Shown here in pieces: positions 26,108 through 40,511 of a DNA stretch of 64,000 bases. This DNA is from Octopus vulgaris (taxonomy: Eukaryota): the NCBI GenBank assembly GCA_951406725.2, contig OX597820.1:127038001-127102000 (forward strand), written 5' to 3'. Below the pieces are notes generated by a model. That model saw only the letters and a list, made by a program, of their open reading frames with translations, had not been told where the DNA came from and searched no databases. The translations under genes and the position numbers were made by a program. Within the stretch, counting starts at the first letter, position 1. Each line of letters begins with the position of its first letter.

Positions 26108-27416
26108 CTCACGAGTACAGATTTATCTACATGCATATAACATGCACACATTCATGCATACATCAACCAATTCAAATAACCAAAAACCCCAAGAGCTATC
26201 TTCTTTTCAACAAAAGAGCCTTGTCACTTTTTTAGTGATCGGTTTGAATTCCGAAAAGATAAAAACTTAATGTAAATCTCCAGGAAAACATACGCGCACA
26301 CACACAACAAATGTATGCATGTGATATAGTTACATGTAGCAAAACAGAACATAGGACGCTATATTTTTAAAAAAAGCGAAATCTTTTCCATATGGTAGCC
26401 CCTTCACTGTTAACTGAGAGAAGAAGGGCTCATGCCTATTTAAGCGCCTGCTCCCTCCACCTTTGTTCTGGCATGTATTTATAGGTATGGCCCATCGTAC
26501 ACTTAGTTCTCTTCCTGTACAATGCCTTTAGTATAGTCATAGATAAACTGCAGTCTGTGGGGTTTTTGGAATGGCATGTCAACGAAAAATTACCTTGAAT
26601 TTTTTCAGTAGTACTGCCCGCCTGATGATGAGTGCTTCTCGTTAAAGTTTGCTCATAGCAGCTTTAGCACATACATAGTTTTGTCGAGCAAAAACTATAT
26701 GGCCAAATGGTGAAGACGTTTACTTCGCAACCCCGAGAATCCGGGTTCGATCTCATTATGTGGTATCTTAAGCAAACATCATTTTCTCTAGCCTCGAGGT
26801 GATTGATATTGAGCGGACAAAAACTGTAAAGAAGCCCATTGAGTGGATTGTACGTATAATTAATTCAAACCGTACGGAAGGCCTTGTCACACACCGATTG
26901 TGTCCGAGAATTACGCTATGATTATATGTGTCCGTGGAATGGTCGACCGCTTACATGTTATTTCAAGAGCAGATAATTCAGTTGATCGAACAACCGAAAC
27001 TGCTTCGTCGAACGACGGAGACCCACCATTTATTTTGTAGATGTCTATATATATATATTTATCTTTAAAATATTTTACTTGTTTCCGTCATTGGACTGCG
27101 ATCATGCTGGGACACTACCTTTAAAGGTGTAGTTGAAACAAATGGACTCCATATTTAATTTTTTTTAACCCTGATCACTTCTGCCGAACCGCTATGTTAC
27201 AGAGACGTAAACAAGCAAATACCGGTTGTCAAGCGGTAGTGGAGAACACACACACACACATATCCTTTAAGTTCGTTTACCCGAAACGTTCTTGAGTTCG
27301 CATATAAAAGCTCTCGTTTTATTATGTCGGCTACGGCCTAATGATACGAACTTGCAATACTGGTTTTATTCGGTTATTACTATATTACTCCCCCACCCCC
27401 CACGCACACACACACG

Positions 27417-27625
27417 CGAGGGGGTGCGCTGGAAAGTTCCTGGTGTTGCGTAAAAGGAAATACAGGAGGATCAGTTAATTATGATTTTATCCAACATGGT
27501 CTCCTCCCAGATTCTCACACTTATTGCAGTGGGCCTTCAGTTTTTCTGAGTCCTGTAAAAGAACGCGGAAGGTTGGGCCTCCAATCAGGCCTTTCCTGAG
27601 ACCCTGAAAGCTTATAAACAACCAC
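27417..27625. mobile_element. Mariner-like non-autonomous fragment
   Basis: CGAGGGGGTG..GAAAGTTCC terminus typical of mariner TIRs; second TIR not seen. Confidence 0.4.
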
Positions 27626-27631
27626 GCTGCC

Positions 27632-27690
<59 letters not shown>

Positions 27691-27859
27691 TGCCTTTTTT
27701 CGGTTTCAGCATTATCAAATCCTCTGAAAAGTCTTTGGTATGCCAGGGGCTATAGTAGAAGATACTTGCCCAGGGTGCCGCGCAATGGGACTGAACCTAA
27801 AACCATGTGGTTGAGAAGCAAACTTTTTACCACGTGGTTACCTCTATATCTGTAGTCAC

Positions 27860-28570
27860 TGTTTTAGTCACTCTTTTTCCTCTTTTCCTCTTTTACTCTT
27901 TTACTCATCTAGTTTACTCTCACGTTTCTGTTCCGCTTGGTTCCTCTTTTCTTATTTTTTCCTTTCTCACGTTTTCTCTTTCTCATGTTCTCTCTCTCTC
28001 CCTCCCTCTTTCTCTCTCTTTCTCTTACTTTCTCTGTCCCTCCCTCTCCTTTTCTCTTTCTCTCACGATCTCTCTCCCATGTTTCCGCTTTCTCTTATTG
28101 TCACAACTTTCTCTCCGTCTTTCTTTTGTTGCTCACAACTCTTATTATTCTTTTATCCCCCCTCTCCCTCTCTCTCCCCCTTACCCACAAACTCTTCCTT
28201 CTCCGCGCCCCATAACTCTCCTACTCTTTAATTTGCTGCCCACCAATTCTCATTTCTCTCTCTTCTTTTCCTTCCTTCGCTGCTTCCAATTTCTCTCACT
28301 CTCTTTCCTTCGTCCCAGCCTCCTTAACTCTCCTTGCTCCAAACTCCAAAGTTTCAGTCTCACAGCTTTCCATTCTCTCTCGCATCCTCCATGTTCTTAA
28401 TTCTCTCCCACTCTCCTTGCTCTCCACTCTTAATCTCTCCTCTTGCACTCCATTCTTGCCCACTCTTTCTCATTGCTTTCTATTCTTTACTCTCACATCC
28501 TTTTCCTTTCTCCACATCATTTTGCTCCGCATCCTCTCAATTCTTCTCTTATTATATCTCCTTCCTAGTA

Positions 28571-28605
<35 letters not shown>

Positions 28606-28700
28606 ATATCTCATTACTCCAAACTCCCTCCTCGTCGCTATCTTTTCTTTCCCCCACTTCTCTCACCCTCTCTCTTCTTCTCACTCATCCTAGTTTATCT
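27860..28700. repeat. Long pyrimidine-rich low-complexity tract
   Basis: About 850 bp of mostly C/T on the + strand with (CT)n runs. Confidence 0.9.
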
Positions 28701-29114
28701 CTCACTATCACACTGATGCGCAAACTCTCTTCATCAGTATTTATATGTAATGATCCATTGATTAGAATCGATTTTCATGTCCTAAAGCTCTTTCTTTTTC
28801 TTTTTTTCAGCATTGTTCCTATTACTCCATGGAATTTAAAAAATGACAAATTAAACTTAGTCCTTTAACTAAAAGATCAATAAATCCTCTCCCGCCACTT
28901 TTGCATTCCACACGCGCTCACGTCCTCCGTTTGTATATTTGTGTATCGCTTGGCTTCTATGACTATGTCTCAAAATGTCCCTCCGTCTCTCGGCGTGCAC
29001 GCACAAACACACTCGTTCAATGTTTCTCAGTGCATGCGTGCGAGCGTGCATCGTGTGATTAAATATTTGCACATCCACAAATATGTTATCTATACAACTA
29101 TGACGAAAACCTTG

Positions 29115-29177
<63 letters not shown>

Positions 29178-30167
29178 GTGTGTGTGCGTGTGTATATAGG
29201 TCTTTGAAATCAATATTCCACTGTATAAGTCAATGGTTTGTCTCCCAATTGTCTCTGAGATGAAACGCTTTATGAGTGAATGGATAACTATTAATGATGG
29301 AAGCCTTTCCATGAAACTATCTTTATCCATTATTTTATCATTATGTGTATATAAAATGCATAGAAACATACATATACACATATATATATATATTACATTT
29401 TTTTATAATAGTCGCGATATTTCTTTCATATGCGTGTATATGTCTGCATGCGCGCGCGGGTGTGTAATATAGTAATATAAAAAACAATAATCTTTCTCTC
29501 TCTATCAATATATATATATATATAAAGAGAGAGAGAGAGAGAGTGATACATAGATTTATATGTGTATATATAAAATAATTATATTTTCTTCGTATGTATG
29601 TATGTATGTATGTATGTATGTATCTGTCTCTCTCTCTCTTTCTCTCTTCCTCTCTCTCTCTCTTCTATTCGATTTAGTATATCCATTATTTTATGAAATA
29701 GTCCTATTTTCTTTAAAAATGAGTGTGTATACATAGACATGCATGCATACATACATACATACATACATACATACATACATACATACATACATACATACAT
29801 ACATACATACATACATACATACATACATACATACATACATACATGTGCATACATACACACATATATATGCATATATTAAGAAATCATTATTATGATAATT
29901 CAGCAAAAATAATAACATAATTATTCCAAATCATTGACATTTTGTTTTGTTTTGCTATATATGTTCTCCTCACCATCACCACCATCTCCACCACCACCAA
30001 CACTATCGTCTACAACTTTAATTCTTCCGGATTAGGGAACACAATGTTGTACGATTTCTTATTTCTACGACAAAAAGTGATTCAAGGTAAATATTACTTT
30101 TGAAAACGTTTTCAATTAACCTTTCTCTAATACTTTATTCACCAGTGAATTTACAATTGAACAATTT

Positions 30168-30507
30168 ACGTGGCACCTTGGGCAAGTGTCTTCTACTAGC
30201 CTCGGGCCGACCAAAGCCTTGTGAGTGGATTTGGTTGACGGAAACTGAAAGAAGCCCGTCGTATATATGGATATATATATATGTATGTGTGTGTATATGT
30301 TTGTGTGTCTGTGTTTGTCACCCCAACATCGATTGACAACCGATGCTGGTGTGTTTGCATCCCCGTAACTTGGCAGTTCAGCAAAGGAGACCGATAGAGT
30401 AAGTACTAGGCTTCCAAGAGTGAGTCCTGGGGTCGATTTGCTGGACTAAAGGCGGTGCTCCAGTATGGTCACAGTCAAATGACTGAAACAAATAATAGAG
30501 TGAAAGA

Positions 30508-30545
<38 letters not shown>

Positions 30546-30728
30546 TTCTGTTCTTTTATTCTTTTTGTTTCAGTCATTTGACTGGCCATGCTGGAGCACC
30601 GCCTTTAGTCGAGCAAATCGACGCCAGTACTTATTCTATCGGCCGCTTTTGCCGAAGTGCTAAATTACGGGGACGTAAACACACCAGCATCGGTTGTCAA
30701 GCGATGTTGGTGGTACGCAGACACACAA

Positions 30729-30767
<39 letters not shown>

Positions 30768-31157
30768 TATATATACCGGAGTAAACACATAAATGTGAAA
30801 CAAGGTAGAAAAAAGAGTACTCAAATACCAGAGTTAGAGTAATATGCTTTATTTAAAAGCAGCAGAAATATAACAAAAGCTGTTACCCAGAGCTTCACAT
30901 TCCCGGTCGTCGGACAGTTCTGTTGAGAAAAAATTTTTTTCTTTTTTGTTAACAAAACTGTCCAACGAACGAGAACGTGAAACACATATATACGACGGGC
31001 TTCTTTCAGTTTCCGTCTACCAAATCCACACAAGGCTTTGGTCGGCCTGTGGCTATAGCAGAAAACACTTGCCCAAGGTGTCACGCAGTGGGACTGAACC
31101 CAGAACCATGTGGTTGGTAAGCAAGCTACTTACCACACACCCACTCCTGTGCGCCTA
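30168..31157. mobile_element. Tail-to-tail family A SINEs (+ 30168-30510; - 30555-31157, interrupted by a PLE remnant)
   Basis: Both match 627-1063; the minus copy is split at its internal microsatellite. Confidence 0.85.
30776..30985 (-). mobile_element. PLE-type remnant with hammerhead motif and inverted partial copy
   Basis: Starts (TA)n|CCGGAGTAAACACAT as does the sister copy at 32713; hammerhead fold 30880-30917 (-), partial inverted copy 30958-30983 (+). Confidence 0.65.
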
Positions 31158-31276
31158 TGCATATATACTCATGTACATATTTATATTCATATATATATAT
31201 ATACACATTTATATATATATATATATATACATACACATTTATATACATCCCATCTCGGGATGTTTCTTTCTCCTAT

Positions 31277-31311
31277 GTTTCCGACGAAGAGCTCTGCTTG
31301 AAACGTCAAAC
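31277..31311 (+). ncRNA. Minimal type I hammerhead fold with variant core CCGACGA
   Basis: gttt-CCGACGA-agagctctgctt-GAAA-cg-TC-aaac: stem I gttt/aaac, stem II gagc/gctt, palindromic ACGT stem III, GUC triplet. Confidence 0.6.
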
Positions 31312-31404
31312 CTTCCTTCTTCCCTTCTTTCCTGAGCGTCCAATAATACTTTATTTGTTCCATATCCTTGCGTTGTTGTTTTTTGTTTTCTTGTTTGGAT
31401 TAAC

Positions 31405-33400
<1,996 letters not shown>

Positions 33401-33535
33401 TCATCATCATCATCATCATCGTCATTAACGTCCGCTTTCCATGCTAGCATGGGTTGGACGGTTCAACTGGGGTCTGGCAAGCCCGAAGGCTGCACCAGGC
33501 CAGTCAGATCTGGCAGTGTTTCTACAGCCTGATCT

Positions 33536-33575
<40 letters not shown>

Positions 33576-34136
33576 TCATATATGTATATATATATATATA
33601 TATTTCGCCTCTCGTGTATTCATCAACCATCGTGTATTCGCGCCTTCTTCCTCCGGACAATCTTTATTTAAAAAAAACGCAGCCCCAAACTTCTGCTCTT
33701 TCATTCATTCATTCATCTAACAGATAAGTTGAATGCTTATTTATTATTTCACTTCCCCATCAATCATACATGCTTTCTTATCTATCTAACTATTTTTAAC
33801 TAATTTCTATATCTATCTAATTATTTTAACTAATTTATCCATTACCCATCTCGCCTCTCGTGTATTCATCAACCATCGTGTATTCGCGGTGCACCCGCCC
33901 TGCCCACCCCCACCACCAATACTGGATATCTCTATATTTTTGCTCCATCCATACCGGATGTCGCTTCTCCCACCACCATAATAGGTGTCTACTCTTCGAA
34001 CCCCCCTCTTCAATACGCTATTTCACCATGCATTACCCCTCTCTTGATATCCTACGTTCTACTTGCCTAGAACCTGTCATCATTTCTCTGAACCACCCCT
34101 CCCCACTGGTGCTCCCCTATATCCTGCACCCCCCCC

Positions 34137-34385
34137 ACATAAAAAAAGCACCATCCGAACGTGGCCGATGCCAGACCCCTCTGGCACCTGTGCAGGTGGC
34201 ACGTAAAAAACACCCACTACACTCGCGGAGTGGTTGGCCTTAGGAAGGGCATCCAGCTGTAGAAACTCTGCCAGACTAGACTGGAGCCTGGGGCAGTCCC
34301 TTGCTCCCCAGACCCCGGTCGAAACCGTCCAACCCGTGCTAGCGCGGAAAACGGACGTTAAACGATGATGATGATGATGATGATG
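34137..34385 (+). mobile_element. Family C SINE, 5'-truncated
   Basis: Subrepeat, TAGGAAGGGCATCCAGCTGTAG, (GAT)n tail. Confidence 0.85.
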
Positions 34386-35181
34386 ATACACACTCATATA
34401 TATATGAATTTACAGAATGCGATAAAATATCCAAGGCTGTGAATAGTTTTCAGAACATTTATAATAGGTCCTACATATATTTTATATATCCCTTCATCAG
34501 AGACGGTGCGAGAAAATGTAAGTAATAGTTATCATAGAGAAGATATGAAATACAGAGTGGAGGAATGAAAACAGACGTGAAATACGTTAGGATATTGTAT
34601 CTGCAGTTCCATTATTTAAGCAGAATGGTGTGTATATAAGTTATATATACAAAATCAATAGTAGCACTGTCCTCTATAGGACCGCCACATATCGATGGCA
34701 AGTATAGTCTACCATTCCATACTGTTTTTCTCTCGCTCAGAGATTTCATATAACTTATCTCCCTCTTATATATATATATATTCACATACATACATACATA
34801 CATACATACATGCATGCATGCATATATTATAATATTGGATTATTTATTCATTTTACAAATTAGAACATCTAAAGCATACAAAAATATTATATAAATCAAT
34901 AGATAAGATAATATAAATACAGATTTTAAAAGTCATAGTATACATTAATGAGGCAATGAAAATTAAATTTACTTTTGACCATAGGCTGAAACAGCTGTAA
35001 GTAGTAATCTTTAGGATTTCATAAATTTATACTATGACTATATAAAATCTGTATTTATATTATTATCTTATCTATTGATTTATATAATATTTTTGTATGC
35101 TTTTGATGTTCTAATTTGTAAAATGAATAAATAATCCAACATTCTAATATCCATAAGTTGTTTAATATCCGTAATGAGGAA

Positions 35182-35469
35182 GGGTATCTTTTTTTCTTCA
35201 CAAATGTAAATAAACCCAATCTGTTTCTTAAAGGAGGGACATATTCATTATGCACAGAATGTTATTTACCGAAATGGACGTCAGCAATTGGTTAAAATTG
35301 CCGAAATGCTCGAAATTAAAGACAAAATATGTTACAAACTATAGAATCTTCTCAAGAACGCCAAGAAAAAATGATGTTTTATAAACACATTCTACCAGTA
35401 TACGAAGTTTAAAACTTTTTAGTTACCTAGAAACTATGTTACAAAGTGCCGTTCAAAAGGAAAAGATCC
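35182..35469. mobile_element. Merlin-like MITE, partial, inverted relative to other copies
   Basis: Reverse complement of the 17911-18200 segment ending GAAAAGATCC. Confidence 0.8.
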
Positions 35470-35699
35470 AAGTTCTTTCGTCACTCATTCTCTGACTTCC
35501 TCAGCAAACTCTCTATCCCAAGTGGCTCGTCTTGTTCTGCATAATCCATTATATATATATTCTTTTATTCTGTACCTTGTGTCAGTCATTTGACTGCGAC
35601 CATGCTGGAGCACCGCCTTTTAGTCGAACAAATCAGCCCCAAGACTTATTGCCTGTAAGCCTAGTACTTATCCTATCGGTCTCTTTCGCCGAACCGCTA

Positions 35700-35742
35700 C
35701 AGTGACTTCAAAGTTTCGGCCTGCTTATTCTTCGTCGGACTG
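35700..35742 (-). ncRNA. Minimal type I hammerhead fold with variant core CCGACGA
   Basis: Minus strand cagt-CCGACGA-agaataagcaggcc-GAAA-ctttgaag-TC-actg; stem II weak; inverted partial copy 35740-35770. Confidence 0.6.
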
Positions 35743-37539
35743 TCCGATAAGCAGGCCGAAACTTCGAAATCCCTTCCAAGACTATTCTTGTAAACGGATG
35801 ATGAATATGTACGCTTCAAAATGTATTGAGTAATCCTTCAGTTTAAAGTAAAATTGTTTTATCATAACTCAATATAAAAGCAAACATTTTTTGTGTGTAC
35901 GTGTGTGTAATATGCCCAAGTATAAGACTGATAAGGTCATAGTTCACATGACTACTTTGACTTGGATAAAGCGCATCCCTTTCAATAGTTGCAGAGGCTA
36001 AAAATGGCCAGATTAGAAGGATAAAAAAGTATTCGTTTTCGTGAAGTCCAGTCGTTGCTGGGGAGATGCAATAAGATCGAAGCTTGTCGTAAGTTGTCTC
36101 CCTTATTTCATGAACTTTTAATCTAGAGAATCATTATATTGTCTTTTCCTCGTCGTATACGAGACTCAATTCTGTTCGACTTTCTATGTTCAACAAGCCA
36201 TGAATAGGCTCCACTGGCCAATCTTAATGACTGGCCGTTCTTTTGATCCATCATATGAGTTTGGAACATTTAGTTGAGTTTTGTATTTTGGTTGGTCGAG
36301 TACTGCCCGGCGTACGACGGATCCAGTAGCGTTGCCCCTAATGCATCCTCAAACATCCCCTGAGCTTCTTTTTGTCTATAAATAACGTTGCAAACTCCGT
36401 TTTTTTTTTCCTGGAGCACGCGTCATATTTTTCTGCTGAAATAGCGAAGCACTTATAAACCAACGATAGCCAGTGTGAAATATCCTAAAGATCGATGAAA
36501 CTCTACAACCAACAGAATTCGCGATCTGTGTTTTGGTCTTCTGTAGAATTTAACAGAGGAATAAAGTCTCGCTGGAATTTTAAAATCCGTTTCTTGTATT
36601 ATTTCCTCGAGTTAACACGCAGCACTTGTTATAAAATGGTATGTAACGTTTCCATAGAAAACCAAGAGAGTTTTTCAGGCAGATGGCATCTCTAGATTAC
36701 TTATTGTAAATGTATTTTTATTGTTAAATACCCGTTGATTTCGAATTTTCATTAATTTTCTTGGTGTCTAATAGTACCAGTAATACATGTTTTCCTTTTT
36801 GCCTTCTACTTTATCAAAGGATATATTTTCTCCCCATTTATATAAAACGGGTATTTATTTCATGAAAGCAAGCGTTTGCGAGCCAAAATAAATCATATGT
36901 ATTGATTTTCTTTTGTCGATATTGTATTGACATTAGAAGACTGCTGGTACTTATTTTATCGATCCAGCTGGATTCGAACGCTCGAGCTTTAGATGAACAA
37001 AAACTAACTTTACTGTGTTACACATTCTTCAGTGGCACATCTCACACATCAACAAATGATGATTTATGAGAGAGAGAGAGAGAGAGAGAGAAGAGAAGAG
37101 TAAGTGTGTGTGTGTGTGTGGAGGTCTGTTTCTTCATTTATTCTCTTATTGATCCTTGTTTGTATTTATTTTACTTTGATTAATATTGATTTTAACCAAT
37201 ATCCATCAAAAACACACTACCTTGATTGGATAAAGCAAATTCACATATATACATATATAATGTGATGTTTATATATACACTATATATATATATATATATA
37301 TACACACACAAAGAAAATCATTTTACATATATATATATATATACATACATACATATACACATAGTACGTGAAAGAAAAGAGGTGGGGGTGGGGGAGAAAA
37401 GCGGAAATAATTAATAAAGTGGGGAGGTGCAGGGGCGACCTCCAACGAAATCCAAGAAAAAAGAGGGGAGGGGTGAACAAATTAAGAAAGAGAAGAAAAA
37501 AAAAGGGCGAGAGTAAAATAAAAAAAAAAAAAAAAAAAA

Positions 37540-37742
37540 AGTTTCTTGTTGCTCGTGCGCACTGGTTGGTGAGTGCGGCTGGCTGTTAGATCAGCTGGGC
37601 TTTACTCCTACGGTAGTGAAATAGAGTAGCGTAGAAGTTGGCAGTCGTAAAAGCCAGACCTAGTAAATGATCCACTCGTACACATAGGCAAACATAATTA
37701 GTACTGGAGTTAGGAATAGAACTACTAAACTCTCGGGTAAGT
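37540..37742 (+). promoter_or_regulatory. Probable promoter and non-coding first exon of an unidentified gene
   Basis: Unique, relatively GC/CpG-rich segment after purine/poly(A) tract, ends in consensus donor CGG|GTAAGT (GT at 37737); no long ORF. Confidence 0.5.
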
Positions 37743-38357
37743 GCTCCTCTTTTGGCCGTTTACAATATTGTTTAAGATTGTTTTTACGCTCTTTTCGTCT
37801 CTTTTTTTCTTCTTTCCCTTTCCCCTTTTATAGTGGTGTTGATGATGATGATGATGACGGTGGTAGTGGTGGTTCTTATTGCCCAGGGCTAAATTATACA
37901 CTTGATATCTTTTTTTTACTGCCATGTGTTATATATATGTATGTATATCGGGTCAGATATGTTAGAAATAATCGTAAAAAATGTCTAATTATTCGAGCAC
38001 CATAGTTACTATGTAACCTACTCACACACGGTCGGTGCGTGTGGAATAGATACTTCACCAGCCAGGTTTACCTGGATAGTCATTTACATATACTTAAGTA
38101 TTACATATATGCATATACGTACATGAGTTTATATATATAAACTCTGTTTGTGTGTATATATATATATTAGATAAATGTAGGCGTGTGTGTGTATATGTAT
38201 GTAGGTATATAGATATAATAATGTAGCTATATAGATAGGTATATGTATGGATAGATAGATAGATATATTTATTCATATATAGGGAGATATGTATGTAGGT
38301 GTATGTATATATAGGTCTATATATATTTATATACACGTATATATAGGTCTGTGTATG

Positions 38358-38391
<34 letters not shown>

Positions 38392-38393
38392 GG

Positions 38394-38427
<34 letters not shown>

Positions 38428-40476
38428 CACACACACACATTGGTCTATGTGTACATATATGTGTGTAGGTCTGTGTCTATATAGGTCTATGTGTACATAT
38501 GTGTGTGTATATAATATATATATGTAGGTCTGTGTTTACACACACATGCACAGTACCGTGTGTACATATATATATATAGACATGTATATATCTATGTATC
38601 TGTGTATAAATATATAATTTCATGTTTATATATATATACTCTCACACAAGCAAGCCGGCTAGTCTGTGTCTGATTAGATATGAATTTGCAAACAATTCAT
38701 GAAAAAGATATTTATTCAATTAAAACACCCGCACATATCTTGCGAGGTGGTCACTTAGTGAAACTTCCAGTAAATGCAAATCTATTTTGAGGTTTTTTGC
38801 AAACGTTATGATTTATTATTGTTTGCTGCTGCTGTCTGCTTGTTGAGAAATTACATATTGGATTTTTCTTTCTGTGAATCTATTTCAAGAATTTCCCTTG
38901 TAATAAAGCCAACCGATCGAGCGGAGCCACTAATGAATACAAGTTTGACTTTTTGGTTTCTGTGCTGTCAAGGAAATTTGTAAACAACTCTTGTCTTTCT
39001 ATTTAAAAAATGCAAGTCGCTCTGTCTGCTTTCATTTATGTCAACCACACACACACACAATATATATGTATGTATGTGATCGAATGAGTGAGACAGTATA
39101 ATTTAATGTGCAAAAAACTTGATCAAGACATGCTTATGGGTTATGTCGAGGTTATTGTATGTGTATTATATAAGATAGCAGGTACTTGAATTTTATAGAC
39201 GCCTTATATTCTGTATTTCTGTCGAAATCCAGTTGCTTGTCATTTATATTAGACTGGCTACGTACAGTTTGAAGGTTACTTGTTATTTCTTACTAGTGTT
39301 GAGAAGCAGAAAAGCAAGGTGTTACTACCGACCTGTGGTCAGCTAGGCTGTGTAGTAGTAAGTAGCTCTTAAACATTACAATTCAAACTCTAAACCAACT
39401 TCCTTTCTAACCTGTTTAGTTAAACCACTTAAAAAGTTCAATAGCTTTTGCAAAGAAGCCTCTCCAACATAGCTTCACACGACATTACACCACTGTCCGT
39501 CCAACCCCGATCTCCTCTCACATTCCTTACCCTCATACTTCTTCCATTCTGCTCCCTTTATCGTCTCTCAATTTTTTTCTTTTATTTTCAGATTATCTTT
39601 CCATCCCTTTTTCCTTTTTCCTTTCTGTGCCCCTTAGCTTTTAAATCTCCCTGTCCCTGGTTCCAATTATTGCCTTCAGTCCCTGTCTCCCTTCCTGTCT
39701 CTCTTTCGTCTCCTTGTTGGATCTATACATTCCTCAATCACCACTGCCTCCACACACAACTACTACTACTACTGCTACTACTACAGTCACTACAACAACG
39801 ACTACTACAACTATTATTGCTGTTACTACATATTTTCACGACTCGATTTCGATTCCTCCTTGTAGTCTGTTGTACCATTTCATTTATGTCGCGATTTGCT
39901 GTCGGGGAAAAACGCATTTCCCTTTCCTATATAGGCTCTGGACAGAATTAAAAAATTCCGTCTTTCCTTGCTTTCTTTATCCGAACATCTCTATTCTATA
40001 AACGCTATGTACTTATTTGGTTTGTAACTACTAAACTATTTGTTCATCCTCGCCCCATCCCCTGCTTTATTACCCCTGTCTTCCTCCCCGGACTACGACC
40101 ATTCCTTCTCCCTCCCTCGCCATACCTGTCTATCACCTCTAATCCCTCTCTTGTCCGTCTGTTGCTACTCTGATTATTTGTGTCTCAGTTTAACTCTCAC
40201 TCGGTGTCCGTCCACCTCTCTCTCTCTCTCTCTCTCTTTGCCTGTTTTTTCCTTCCTTTCTTTCTTCTGTTACTTGCCATGGCTCCTTGTTCTGTCAATC
40301 CCTTTTTCTCTCTCTCTCGTCTCACCCGTTTGTTAAAAACACTTGACTAAACTCTGAACATATTTCCTTTCGCTACATTGTTAATCACTTCGCCCTTATC
40401 AGAAGTTTCCTTCTCGAAAGAGATTATTATTCTCCAGTTGACACATTATATACGTCTAATAGTGCTCTTTCTCACG

Positions 40477-40511
<35 letters not shown>

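Noticed and set aside
27593-27610. TCCTGAGACCCT resembling miR-125
   Set aside because: Partial match inside a mariner-like repeat, no hairpin
27807-28716. S/L/F/P-rich ORFs up to 197 aa
   Set aside because: By-product of a pyrimidine-rich low-complexity tract
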